Source: a bacterium (GTDB lineage: Bacteria > JAMCPX01). From it: a stretch of DNA of 64,000 nt. Where the stretch lies: NCBI GenBank assembly GCA_037439545.1, contig JBBIVV010000001.1:126845-190844 (forward strand). The letters are read 5' to 3'. Positions within the stretch are counted from its first letter, which is position 1. Each line of letters starts with the position of its first letter. Positions 54,763-64,000 of the stretch are shown piece by piece. The notes beneath the pieces were generated by a model. It saw only the letters and a program-made list of their open reading frames with translations, searched no databases and was not told the DNA's origin. Position numbers and translations under genes: made by a program.

Positions 54763-54779
54763 CTGGCATATAAACTGCT
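54763..54779 (+). promoter_or_regulatory. Sigma54 -24/-12 promoter of amtB2
   Basis: CTGGCATATAAACTGCT (GG-N10-GC). Confidence 0.75.
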
Positions 54780-54784
54780 TTTTA

Positions 54785-54857
54785 CCCCGTGAGTAAGCCG
54801 CACCATTTATGGTGGGGATAATATGATAATTTTTAATTCCTTATAGAAAGGGCGGGG
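54785..54857. mobile_element. MITE family A, copy 3 (73 bp, internal deletion)
   Basis: Near-identical to 53022-53121 with 27 bp missing near the right end; TTTA on both flanks. Confidence 0.8.
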
Positions 54858-54895
54858 TTTACAATATTGTACTACTTTAACCACAGGAGATAACT

Positions 54896-56212
54896 ATGAA
54901 CAGATTTCTGTCACGGACAATTTTATTTCTTATTACACTGTTGACGCCTGCAATGGCATGTGCGGACGCAACCGTCAATCAGGTGCAAAAGATTAGTGCC
55001 GGCGATACGTCCTTCGTGCTCATTGCAACGGCCCTTGTCATGCTTATGACCCCGGGACTTGCGCTCTTTTACGGCGGTATGGTGAGGAAAAAGAACGTGC
55101 TTGCCACTATCATGCAGAGCTACATACTCCTTGCTGTCGTAAGCATCCAATGGGTCCTTTGGGGATACAGTCTTTCTTTTGGTCCAGACATCCATGGTAT
55201 TATCGGAAGCTTGAAATGGTTCGGATTGAACCATGTCGGTTTTGCCCCTGACCCCGATTATGCGCCTACGATCCCGCATCAGGTCTTTATGATATTTCAG
55301 ATGATGTTTGCTGTAATAACACCGGGACTTATAACGGGTGCATTCGCCGAGCGAATGAAATTCAAAACATTCCTCGTATTTATCGTTCTATGGGCAACGC
55401 TTGTTTACGACCCTATTGCTCACTGGGTATGGGGTGCCGGAGGATGGATACATCAGCTCGGAGCGCTCGATTTTGCAGGCGGCACAGTGGTACATATAAG
55501 TTCTGCCATATCTGCACTTGCTGCCGTCCTCATCATCGGCAAGAGACACAATTACGGTAAAGAGCATAATCCACCACATAACCTTACCATGACTGTAATA
55601 GGTGCATCATTGCTGTGGTTCGGATGGTTTGGATTTAATGCAGGCAGCGCGCTTTCGGCCGGTGCCCTTGCAGGATCGGCATTTGTCGTAACGAACATAG
55701 CAGCTGCTGCAGCAACACTCGGCTGGCTTTTTGCAGAATGGAGAAAAAGCGGAAAGCCCACCATGTTGGGAGCAGCGAGTGGTTCTGTTGCAGGGCTTGT
55801 GGCAATCACCCCTGCGTCAGGTTATGTCGGCCCTCTCCCTGCCATAGTCATAGGGTTTGTGGCAGGCATCTTATGTTACTACGCAGTAAACCTTAAGCCT
55901 AAATTCGGTTATGATGATGCGCTTGATGTAGTCGGTGTTCATGGTGTCGGCGGTACGTTCGGTGCACTCGCAACAGGGCTTTTTGCAAGCATTGCGATTA
56001 ATGCCGGTGGTGCGAATGGATTATTTTACGGCAATGCAAAGCTGTTTTTTGTGCAATTGATTGCAGTAGGGGCTACGATTGTCTATGGTTTTATCGCAAC
56101 ATTCATAATTCTTAAAGTACTTGAAGCTACCTTGGGCTTGAGGGTGACGCAGGAAGAAGAGGTAATGGGGCTTGATATAACGCAGCACGGCGAAGAAGGA
56201 TACAACATGTAG
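54896..56212 (+). CDS. amtB: Ammonium transporter (paralog 2)
   Basis: Same AmtB motifs; both pore His present (VVHIS, GVHG). Confidence 0.95.
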   Translation: MNRFLSRTILFLITLLTPAMACADATVNQVQKISAGDTSFVLIATALVMLMTPGLALFYGGMVRKKNVLATIMQSYILLAVVSIQWVLWGYSLSFGPDIHGIIGSLKWFGLNHVGFAPDPDYAPTIPHQVFMIFQMMFAVITPGLITGAFAERMKFKTFLVFIVLWATLVYDPIAHWVWGAGGWIHQLGALDFAGGTVVHISSAISALAAVLIIGKRHNYGKEHNPPHNLTMTVIGASLLWFGWFGFNAGSALSAGALAGSAFVVTNIAAAAATLGWLFAEWRKSGKPTMLGAASGSVAGLVAITPASGYVGPLPAIVIGFVAGILCYYAVNLKPKFGYDDALDVVGVHGVGGTFGALATGLFASIAINAGGANGLFYGNAKLFFVQLIAVGATIVYGFIATFIILKVLEATLGLRVTQEEEVMGLDITQHGEEGYNM

Positions 56213-56232
56213 GGTCCCTTATAGCATGTTTG

Positions 56233-56502
56233 AATAAGAAAAGAAGGGCTTGATCCGCAGTGAAGTAAAACACCTGCGAACGTCCTGGTATTCTTCTTGA
56301 GTTTCCCAATTAGTGCGGTTTTTTATCGAGGAGAATACCAAGGGCAGTATCTCCTGTATCCCCCTCTTTGGAAAAGAGGGGATAGGGGAGATTTTTATAT
56401 TAAATCTGCCTCCATACTCGTTTATCGAAGGGAGCTTTGTTTTACGAACGAAGAAGAAAACCCTTCTTTTTCAGCTTACTCCGGATCAAGCTCTTTCTTA
56501 TT
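56233..56502. other. Extensively self-complementary intergenic element (structured RNA or composite MITE)
   Basis: Paired ends AATAAGAAA/TTTCTTATT and GCTTGATCCG/CGGATCAAGC plus several inner stems. Confidence 0.5.
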
Positions 56503-57788
56503 TATAATTTCCTGAACGCCTCGTACGCTATCCGGATTGTCCGGTCAATGTCATGTGTCGTGTGGGACATGGACATAAAGTGGGCTTCAAACTGGGAAGG
56601 CGGCAGATAAACGCCTTTTTCAAACATAAGGTGGAAGAATCGGGCGTATTGTTTTGTATCGGATTTCATTGCCGAGGACAGATCATTCACAGGTTTATCC
56701 GTAAAGAAAGGTGTGCACATGGAGGCTATGGAGTTTATCGTGATGCTTTTACCTGCAAGTTTTGCTGCATCATTTAAGCCATAAACAAGATGTGATGTTT
56801 TCTTTTCCAGGTCCTTATAAAATTCGGGTTTTGATTTTATTTCTTTAATAGTAGCTATACCTGCTGCCATTGCAACAGGGTTGCCTGAGAGCGTTCCTGC
56901 CTGATAAACTGGCCCTTCAGGTGATACAAGCTTCATGATCTCTTTTCTGCCGCCATAAGCCCCTACGGGCATTCCCCCGCCTATTATCTTGCCAAGGGTT
57001 GTCATGTCGGGTTCTATGTTAAATACGGACTGTGCACCTGAAAGCGATAGTCTTAAGCCTGTTATTACCTCATCAAATATAAGGACAATACCGTATTTGA
57101 GTGTTAATTCCCTGAGTGTTTCAAGGAAGCCATGTTCCGGCAAAACAACACCCATATTGCCGGCAACCGGTTCAACTATGACAGCCGCTATTTCATTTTT
57201 ATGCCCGGATATAAGTTTTCTAAGTGCATCCACATCGTTGTACGGCAGTGTCAAAGTGGTAGATGCAAAAGCCTCGGGCACACCAGGGCTTGAAGGTGTC
57301 CCGAGTGTTGCAAGTCCTGATCCTGCCTTGATAAGGAATTGGTCTGCATGTCCATGGTATCCACCTTCAAATTTGACAATTTTATCCCTTTTTGCATATG
57401 CACGGGCTACCCTAACAGCGCTCATTGTTGCTTCCGTGCCGGAACTCACCATCCTTACAAGCTCGATGGATGGATACGCCTGCAGAACAAGCGCAGCAAG
57501 CTTTATTTCGTCCGGGCAGAGTGTGCCGTAGCTCGTACCGTTTCTTATCGCCTTTCTTATGGCATTCAATACCTTAATATTGCCATGCCCGAGGATCATG
57601 GGGCCCCATGACATACAGTAATCTATATATCTGTTCCCATCGGCATCATAAAGCCTGTTACCCTTTGCCCTTGTTACGACGATAGGATTATCGCCGACTG
57701 CAGTGAATGCCCTCACAGGGCTATTGACACCGCCCGGCATAAGCGATGCTGCCTTTTTAAAATAATTGTATGAATGCGGCCTGTCCAT
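56502..57788 (-). CDS. hemL: Glutamate-1-semialdehyde 2,1-aminomutase
   Basis: PGGVNSPVRAF, SSGTEATM, YHGH, FDEVITG, LGKIIGGG; start after GAGGA. Confidence 0.96.
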   Translation of the reverse strand: MDRPHSYNYFKKAASLMPGGVNSPVRAFTAVGDNPIVVTRAKGNRLYDADGNRYIDYCMSWGPMILGHGNIKVLNAIRKAIRNGTSYGTLCPDEIKLAALVLQAYPSIELVRMVSSGTEATMSAVRVARAYAKRDKIVKFEGGYHGHADQFLIKAGSGLATLGTPSSPGVPEAFASTTLTLPYNDVDALRKLISGHKNEIAAVIVEPVAGNMGVVLPEHGFLETLRELTLKYGIVLIFDEVITGLRLSLSGAQSVFNIEPDMTTLGKIIGGGMPVGAYGGRKEIMKLVSPEGPVYQAGTLSGNPVAMAAGIATIKEIKSKPEFYKDLEKKTSHLVYGLNDAAKLAGKSITINSIASMCTPFFTDKPVNDLSSAMKSDTKQYARFFHLMFEKGVYLPPSQFEAHFMSMSHTTHDIDRTIRIAYEAFRKL

Positions 57789-57891
57789 AATGTCCTCTTT
57801 ATAAAATTTTAGATTACCATAATACCTTGATGTTGTTTCTGTCAAATATAAAATGTTTGACACAGAAACAATGGTATAATATTCGATAATC

Positions 57892-59424
57892 ATGAAAAAT
57901 AAATTTTTATCTCTCATGCCGGCGGTCATGTTTCTGCTATTTGCAATGGTGATTGCCGGATGTTCTGGCAGTAAAACAAACACGACTGTGCACAATACTG
58001 TCTGGTCTGATGGGACATGGCTCAGGGATACTCAGGGAAGGGTGATCGTCATACATGGCATAAATGTAAGCCAGAAAACGCCTCCTTACCTTCCGGACTC
58101 CCTGCCTGCAACGGGGAAAACGATCACCGGTGCCGCAGCTTATTTTTCGAACATTAAGCAGGGTGGATTCAATGCCGTGAGGCTCATTATAATATGGGCG
58201 GGCCTCGAGCCTACACCCGGCACCATCGATCCAAACTATCTCAATCAGATACAGCAGGAGGTACAGATGTGTAAAGACGACGGTCTGCTTGTGCTCCTTG
58301 ATATGCACCAGGATCTTTATAGTCAGTACCTCTGCTATGGCGACGGAGCTCCGCAATGGGCATGCGATCTTGCAGGGTATGACCCGACCCAGTGCAATAC
58401 GGCCAGCTGGGCCATAAATTATACACTCCCCAACATTACGGGGTCTTTCCAAAATTTCTGGAACGACGGCCCTGGTCCTGGTCCCGGCTCCGGCACTGTC
58501 GGATTGCAGGATCACTATGCCGCGGCATGGCAGAGCGTTGCAGGATTGTTTCCGACCGATACGGCCGTGCTGGGGTACGAGATAATGAACGAACCGTATC
58601 CGGGAAAGTATAACCTGTTTACTACTGATTTTGAAACAAAGGCACTTGTTCCATTTTATGAAAAGGTAGCAGCAGCAATAAGAAATGCGGATCCGGCTCA
58701 TGTCATTGCGTTTGAACCCTCTGTTACAAGGGCGAACCTTTCACATAACTATGAGACAGGCATCAGCAGTACGACCTTCCCGAAGGATTTCGCCAATCTA
58801 ATCTTTGTGCCGCATTATTATCCCCTGACATCGGGAAGCTTCATAAGTACCACCGATATATCTTCCTTGCAGACAACGATACCGGAAATAGCAATGGTCA
58901 GCCAATCGATGAGAACACCGTTTATTGTCGGAGAGATGGGGCTTGACCATAATGAGAGCAACAGCGCTGCATATCTGACAGCTTTGCTTGGTGAGTTTGA
59001 TAATGAGATCGGCGGCTGGATGTTCTGGGCATATGACGAAGTCTTCAGCGCCAGCGGCAGTATGATGCTGCTCGATGCGACCGGTGCAAACGCTTTTCCC
59101 TTGATGGATGTGCTGGCGAGGCCCTATCCGGAACTGACGGCAGGCACCCCGGTGAGTATAAGCTATCCGATAACGTCCGACCCTGCAACATTTTCAACGA
59201 CTACATTTACCTATACCTACAAAGAAGACGGCATTGGACGCGGGACAACGGAAATATTTCTGCCTCGAATGCACTTTCCGGACGGCTTTACGGTTACGGT
59301 GACAGACGGCTCTTCAAGCTTCGATGCAGCGACGGCCATTTTAAGTTATACGCGAGGTTCAAAATCAACGCATACAATAACAGTAACGCCCTGCAGTCCC
59401 GGTGCTTCAGGCTGTATATCATAG
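57892..59424 (+). CDS. Glycoside hydrolase family 5 lipoprotein (endoglycoceramidase-like)
   Basis: IAGC lipobox; GRVIVIHGIN, WAGLEP, LDMHQDLY, DGAPQW, MNEP, VGEMG, RPYP..AGTP. Confidence 0.85.
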   Translation: MKNKFLSLMPAVMFLLFAMVIAGCSGSKTNTTVHNTVWSDGTWLRDTQGRVIVIHGINVSQKTPPYLPDSLPATGKTITGAAAYFSNIKQGGFNAVRLIIIWAGLEPTPGTIDPNYLNQIQQEVQMCKDDGLLVLLDMHQDLYSQYLCYGDGAPQWACDLAGYDPTQCNTASWAINYTLPNITGSFQNFWNDGPGPGPGSGTVGLQDHYAAAWQSVAGLFPTDTAVLGYEIMNEPYPGKYNLFTTDFETKALVPFYEKVAAAIRNADPAHVIAFEPSVTRANLSHNYETGISSTTFPKDFANLIFVPHYYPLTSGSFISTTDISSLQTTIPEIAMVSQSMRTPFIVGEMGLDHNESNSAAYLTALLGEFDNEIGGWMFWAYDEVFSASGSMMLLDATGANAFPLMDVLARPYPELTAGTPVSISYPITSDPATFSTTTFTYTYKEDGIGRGTTEIFLPRMHFPDGFTVTVTDGSSSFDAATAILSYTRGSKSTHTITVTPCSPGASGCIS

Positions 59425-59525
59425 CAGGACTTTAAAGACCGGTTCATAATTACCAAAACATGTTGGAGCGTAAACCATGACTCTACTCATTGCAATTTTA
59501 AGATGATCGTGTATATTTCTCACTT

Positions 59526-60158
59526 ATGGATAATAATTTTATCGTAAAGGACGGCTGGGTATATATAGGTTTTTTCTTTGTACTCGCGCTTATCGGACTG
59601 CTTTTAAAGCAGGGGTATATATACGTCCCTTCAATCTTGCTGTTGGTATTTTTAATGTGGTTTTTCAGAAATCCGGAACGGCATACACCGGAAGGCGACC
59701 ACATTGTTTCTCCGGCTGATGGAACTGTCATTAAGATTGAAAAGAATGACAGGTATGGACAATTTATGGGAAAGGACGCGGTATGCACAAGTATATTCAT
59801 GTCTGTACTGAATGTGCACGTAAACAGGTTCCCGGTCACCGGCACTGTGGTCGATAAAATATATAAACCGGGCAAGTTTCATATCGCATCAGTCGACAAG
59901 GCTTCTGAATTTAACGAACAGACGGCTTTATTCATTAAAGATGAGAGAGAAAGGAAGCTGGTCATCGTTCAAATTGCCGGATCTGTTGCACGGAGAATTG
60001 TATGTAATGTAGAGAAGGGATCGGAGATGACAGCCGGTAAAAGATATGGTATGATAAAATTAGGTTCAAGACTTGACGTATATGTTGAACATGATAGGGA
60101 AATAATGGTAAGAAAAGGCGATAAAGTGAAAGCGGGTGAAACGATAATTGCACGGTAG
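59526..60158 (+). CDS. psd: Phosphatidylserine decarboxylase proenzyme
   Basis: FFRNPER, SPADG, NVHVNRFP, LGSR cleavage site. Confidence 0.92.
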   Translation: MDNNFIVKDGWVYIGFFFVLALIGLLLKQGYIYVPSILLLVFLMWFFRNPERHTPEGDHIVSPADGTVIKIEKNDRYGQFMGKDAVCTSIFMSVLNVHVNRFPVTGTVVDKIYKPGKFHIASVDKASEFNEQTALFIKDERERKLVIVQIAGSVARRIVCNVEKGSEMTAGKRYGMIKLGSRLDVYVEHDREIMVRKGDKVKAGETIIAR

Positions 60159-60168
60159 ACGGCAGGGT

Positions 60169-61056
60169 ATGAGTATGAATGAAAAAAATATCATAGAGAT
60201 AAATAAAACACAGGATAGGGAATTAAAAACTGCGAGGAGACGCGCACGAACGGAAAGGGCGGTAAGCAGGGGAGTTTATTTACTGCCGAACCTGTTCACA
60301 TCCGCGAGTCTTTTTTCTGGTTTTTACTCGATTATTGCCACGTTCAATGGAAGCTATTTTTATGGTGCAGTCGCAATCATATTCGCTATCTTTTTTGACG
60401 GTATCGATGGAAAGGTTGCGAGGCTCACTCATACGACGAGCGCATTCGGCGTCGAGTATGACTCCCTCTCGGACCTCGTCAGTTTCGGCGTCGCGCCGTC
60501 GTTCCTTGCCTATTCCGTGGCCCTCAACTCGTTCGGCAGGGTTGGGTTGGTCATTGCATTCATATACGTTGCATGTGCTGCTATACGGCTTGCAAGGTTC
60601 AATACTCAGATCCATACGATTGAGAAAAGCGTATTCAACGGATTGCCTTCACCGGCTGCAGCAGGTCTTGTGACCACGACTATTCTGTTATATGTTTCGC
60701 CGTCGACAGGTCTGGACGAAGGTAAAAAAGCGTTGTTCTCATCTATGTTAAAGCACCCGATCGATCTTGTATTAACGAAGCCGATTGATTTTATATTGTC
60801 CCAGCATTTTAGCATACTGCTGCTTATCTTCGTGTCGGCATTGCTCATGATAAGCACGGTTAAGTACAAGAGCTTTAAGAATGCAGAAAGGATAAAAGAG
60901 CGTCCCGTATCATTTTTGATGTTCGCAATAATCATGATGTCGTTAATCGTGCTCGAGCCAATCAAAATGTTATTTGCAATATTTATTATTTATACGGCTT
61001 CAGGCCTCATCGCCCTCCTACTCCCCCGAAGGGGAGAGAAACTTTCAGAACTATAA
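60169..61056 (+). CDS. pssA: CDP-diacylglycerol-serine O-phosphatidyltransferase
   Basis: LPNLFT, DGIDGKVAR, YDSLSDLVSFG, RLARFN, GLPSPAAA. Confidence 0.92.
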   Translation: MSMNEKNIIEINKTQDRELKTARRRARTERAVSRGVYLLPNLFTSASLFSGFYSIIATFNGSYFYGAVAIIFAIFFDGIDGKVARLTHTTSAFGVEYDSLSDLVSFGVAPSFLAYSVALNSFGRVGLVIAFIYVACAAIRLARFNTQIHTIEKSVFNGLPSPAAAGLVTTTILLYVSPSTGLDEGKKALFSSMLKHPIDLVLTKPIDFILSQHFSILLLIFVSALLMISTVKYKSFKNAERIKERPVSFLMFAIIMMSLIVLEPIKMLFAIFIIYTASGLIALLLPRRGEKLSEL

Positions 61057-61120
61057 ACCTTATTTTTCTATTTTTTTAAAATTCTAAAACCGCCTCAGGC
61101 GGAATTTAATGGAGGATAAA

Positions 61121-62650
61121 ATGAATAATAAAATTTTAATATTCGATACAACCTTAAGAGACGGCGAACAATCTCCCGGTTCAAGTATGAATATTCAGGA
61201 GAAACTGAAGGTAGCCCAGCAGTTGAAAAGACTGAATGTGGATATCATAGAAGCCGGGTTCCCGATCGCCTCGGACGGTGATTTCGAGGCCGTAAAAGAG
61301 ATTGCGGCAAACATCAAAGGCATAACCATTGCAGGACTTGCAAGGACGAACCGGGCTGATGTCGAAAGGGCTTTTGAGGCATTGAAGCCGGCGGACAAGC
61401 CGAGGATCCATGTTTTTGTCGCTACATCGGACATACACCTCAAGGCAAAACTGAAAAAAACAAGGGACGATGTAATTCAGATGATAGGCGAATCCGTTGC
61501 TCGTGCGAAGACGTTTGTCGATGATGTGGAGTTTTCAGCGGAAGATGCGACACGAAGCGATCCGGATTATCTCGTCAAGGCATGCCAGACTGCAATCGAC
61601 GCCGGTGCATCGACCATAAATATTCCCGATACAGTCGGATACACGACACCCGATGAATATACGAATTTGATCGACTATATCAGATCACGGATAAAATCAC
61701 CGGGCCCGCTTGTTATCAGCGTGCACTGTCACAATGATCTCGGGCTTGCTGTCGCAAATTCACTTGCTGCACTGAAAGCAGGCGCACGGCAGGTGGAGTG
61801 TACAATCAATGGCATCGGAGAAAGGGCGGGTAACGCAGCCGTGGAAGAGATCGTAATGGCTCTGAAAACAAGAAAAGATTTTTACAGCTTTTACAGCGAA
61901 GTGGTCAGCGAGCAGATCTATCCTTCGAGCAGGTTACTCAGTCAGATTACCGGTATATCGGTCCAGCCGAACAAAGCCATTGTCGGAGCAAATGCGTTTG
62001 CACATGAAGCGGGCATTCATCAGGACGGTGTTTTAAAGGAAAAGCTTACCTACGAGATAATGACGCCCCAGTCGATCGGTTTGCCTTCAAACATGCTCGT
62101 TCTTGGCAAGCATTCGGGCAGGCATGCGTTCAGAGAAAGGGTAAAAACGCTCGGGTATGAGCTGACAGACGAGCAGATAGACAGCGCCTTCGTTGTTTTT
62201 AAGCAGATTGCCGATAAGAAGAAAGAGGTTTACGATGAAGACATAGAGGCGATTATTGCAGACAGGATCCTTAAATGGGATGAGAAGTATAAGCTGGAAT
62301 CTGTAAATATTTCCTCGGGTACGGACATTCTTCCTACGGCGACCGTGCGGATAAACATAGATGGGAATAGTATAACCGAAAGTGGGAATGGGGATGGTCC
62401 GGTCGATGCTGTTTATAAGACCATTGTTTCCGTCACAAAGACCAAAAGCAGACTGCTCAGGTATCAGGTAAATGCAATAACCGGCGGGACAGATGCACAG
62501 GGCGAGGTGTCGGTAAGAATAGAAGAAGGCAGCCATACCGTGAGCGGTACCGGATCCGATACCGACATTATCGTTGCGAGCGCAAAGGCTTATATCAATG
62601 CGCTGAACAAGCTGGAATACAGGAAAGGTAACAGGATAAAGGGATTTTAA
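61121..62650 (+). CDS. leuA: 2-isopropylmalate synthase
   Basis: [29 protein letters not shown], regulatory domain GDGPVDA. Confidence 0.95.
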   Translation: MNNKILIFDTTLRDGEQSPGSSMNIQEKLKVAQQLKRLNVDIIEAGFPIASDGDFEAVKEIAANIKGITIAGLARTNRADVERAFEALKPADKPRIHVFVATSDIHLKAKLKKTRDDVIQMIGESVARAKTFVDDVEFSAEDATRSDPDYLVKACQTAIDAGASTINIPDTVGYTTPDEYTNLIDYIRSRIKSPGPLVISVHCHNDLGLAVANSLAALKAGARQVECTINGIGERAGNAAVEEIVMALKTRKDFYSFYSEVVSEQIYPSSRLLSQITGISVQPNKAIVGANAFAHEAGIHQDGVLKEKLTYEIMTPQSIGLPSNMLVLGKHSGRHAFRERVKTLGYELTDEQIDSAFVVFKQIADKKKEVYDEDIEAIIADRILKWDEKYKLESVNISSGTDILPTATVRINIDGNSITESGNGDGPVDAVYKTIVSVTKTKSRLLRYQVNAITGGTDAQGEVSVRIEEGSHTVSGTGSDTDIIVASAKAYINALNKLEYRKGNRIKGF

Positions 62651-62661
62651 ATGTGAGAGGT

Positions 62662-62689
62662 GTAGGGGCACGTTGCCACGTGCCCCTAC
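62662..62689. repeat. GTAG-type REP-like palindrome
   Basis: GTAGGGGCACG-TTGCCA-CGTGCCCCTAC. Confidence 0.65.
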
Positions 62690-62721
62690 GAAGTGAAAAT
62701 AAACAGAAAAGGAATGTAAAT

Positions 62722-64000
62722 ATGGGAATGACAATTACTGAAAAGATACTCGCTCTTCATGCAGGAGCCGATCATGTGGTGCCGGGCGAACTCATCATGG
62801 CAAATGTGGATCTTGCACTCGGCAATGATGTAACAGCCCCAATAGCGATAGACGAGTTTAAAAGACACGGCGGCAAAGATGTTTTCGATAAGAGTAAAGT
62901 CGTACTTGTTCCCGATCACTTTGCGCCGAACAAGGACATTAAATCGGCAATTCAATGTAAAATACTCAGGGACTTTGCAAACGAAAAAGGCATAGAAAAC
63001 TATTTTGAAGTCGGGCGTGTGGGAATTGAACATGCACTGCTTCCCGAATCAGGGCTTATTGCACCGGGTGATCTTATTATAGGTGCAGACAGCCACACCT
63101 GTACCTATGGAGCTGCAGGTGCATTCTCGACCGGTGTCGGGAGTACGGATCTCGCTGCTGCAATGATCAGCGGTAAAGCGTGGTTCAAAGTGCCTCGAAC
63201 GATAAAATTCGTGTATCACTCCAACCAGGGAGGCAAGCTGAATAACTGGGTTTACGGGAAGGATGTCATTCTCCACACGATAGGCGAGATTGGTGTAGAT
63301 GGCGCTCTTTACAAATCAATGGAGTTCACCGGCGACGTCATCGATGCCATGAATATGAGCGAAAGGTTTTCCATGTGCAACATGGTTATCGAAGCCGGCG
63401 GTAAAAACGGTATCATTATACCCGACAAAACAACGGTAAACTATATCAATCAACGCGTGAAAAGGTCATATACGATCTTCACATCGGACAGGGATGCACG
63501 GTATGAAAATATCTATGAATACGATCTTTCGAACTTGAAACCGCAGGTTGCATTTCCTCATCTTCCCGAGAATACAAAAAATATAGATGAGGTGGGCAAG
63601 ATAGCGATAGATCAGGCGTTTGTCGGTTCATGCACGAATGGATGGATAGAAGACCTCAGAATCGCAGCAGGCATAATAAAAGGCAGAAAAGTGAACCCGA
63701 ATGTGAGGATGATAGTAATTCCGGCAACGCAGCAGATATATATGCAGGCACTGAAAGAAGGACTGATAGAAATCTTTGTTCAGGCACATGCGGTGTTCAG
63801 TGCTCCGACATGCGGTCCGTGTCTCGGCGGTCACATGGGCGTGCTTGCACCCGGTGAAAGAGCTGTTGCGACGACAAACAGGAACTTCAAAGGCAGGATG
63901 GGAGATCTGAACAGTGAGGTTTATCTTGCGAACCCGGCAATCGTTGCGGCATCAGCGGTACTCGGGAGAATCGGTTCTCCGGAGGAACTGGGAATAAAAG
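62722..64000 (+). CDS. leuC: 3-isopropylmalate dehydratase large subunit, runs off window end (absent from ORF track)
   Basis: Read from sequence: [49 protein letters not shown]. Confidence 0.93.
   Translation, partial: MGMTITEKILALHAGADHVVPGELIMANVDLALGNDVTAPIAIDEFKRHGGKDVFDKSKVVLVPDHFAPNKDIKSAIQCKILRDFANEKGIENYFEVGRVGIEHALLPESGLIAPGDLIIGADSHTCTYGAAGAFSTGVGSTDLAAAMISGKAWFKVPRTIKFVYHSNQGGKLNNWVYGKDVILHTIGEIGVDGALYKSMEFTGDVIDAMNMSERFSMCNMVIEAGGKNGIIIPDKTTVNYINQRVKRSYTIFTSDRDARYENIYEYDLSNLKPQVAFPHLPENTKNIDEVGKIAIDQAFVGSCTNGWIEDLRIAAGIIKGRKVNPNVRMIVIPATQQIYMQALKEGLIEIFVQAHAVFSAPTCGPCLGGHMGVLAPGERAVATTNRNFKGRMGDLNSEVYLANPAIVAASAVLGRIGSPEELGIK

Overview
Bacterial chromosome segment, mostly housekeeping. 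Gene content and order (serA-hisZ-purA, psd-pssA-leuA, DUF4388 proteins, an FHA-GAF enhancer-binding-like protein) suggest a deltaproteobacterial lineage; this is inference. From left to right: a TCA supercluster (mdh, two-subunit fumarase, sdhCDAB, sucCD, four-subunit 2-oxoglutarate:ferredoxin oxidoreductase); serine, histidine and purine genes; rpsT/holA/lptE; tRNA-Ser(CGA); pncA, a radical SAM gene, nnr, polA; a TPM / nucleotidyltransferase-like / LemA operon; signalling genes; pyrF, thiC; priA-plsX-App1-like phosphatase-miaA; a nitrogen assimilation locus; hemL, a GH5 lipoprotein, psd-pssA-leuA-leuC. Most notable: (1) a NifA-like GAF-AAA+ activator with no nif genes in the window, beside glnA and two amtB genes. 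Each of the three has a sigma54 promoter and the same tandem motif ACA-N4-TGT-N12-ACA-N4-TGT. (2) A ~100-bp MITE family with CCC...GGG ends and TTTA target duplications. One copy carries a nested second MITE with a TTAA duplication, one supplies a stop codon, and one sits just behind a sigma54 promoter. (3) A plsX coupled to an App1-type phosphatase. (4) A highly base-paired ~270-nt element between amtB2 and hemL. All calls come from reading motifs by eye; no database searches were run.
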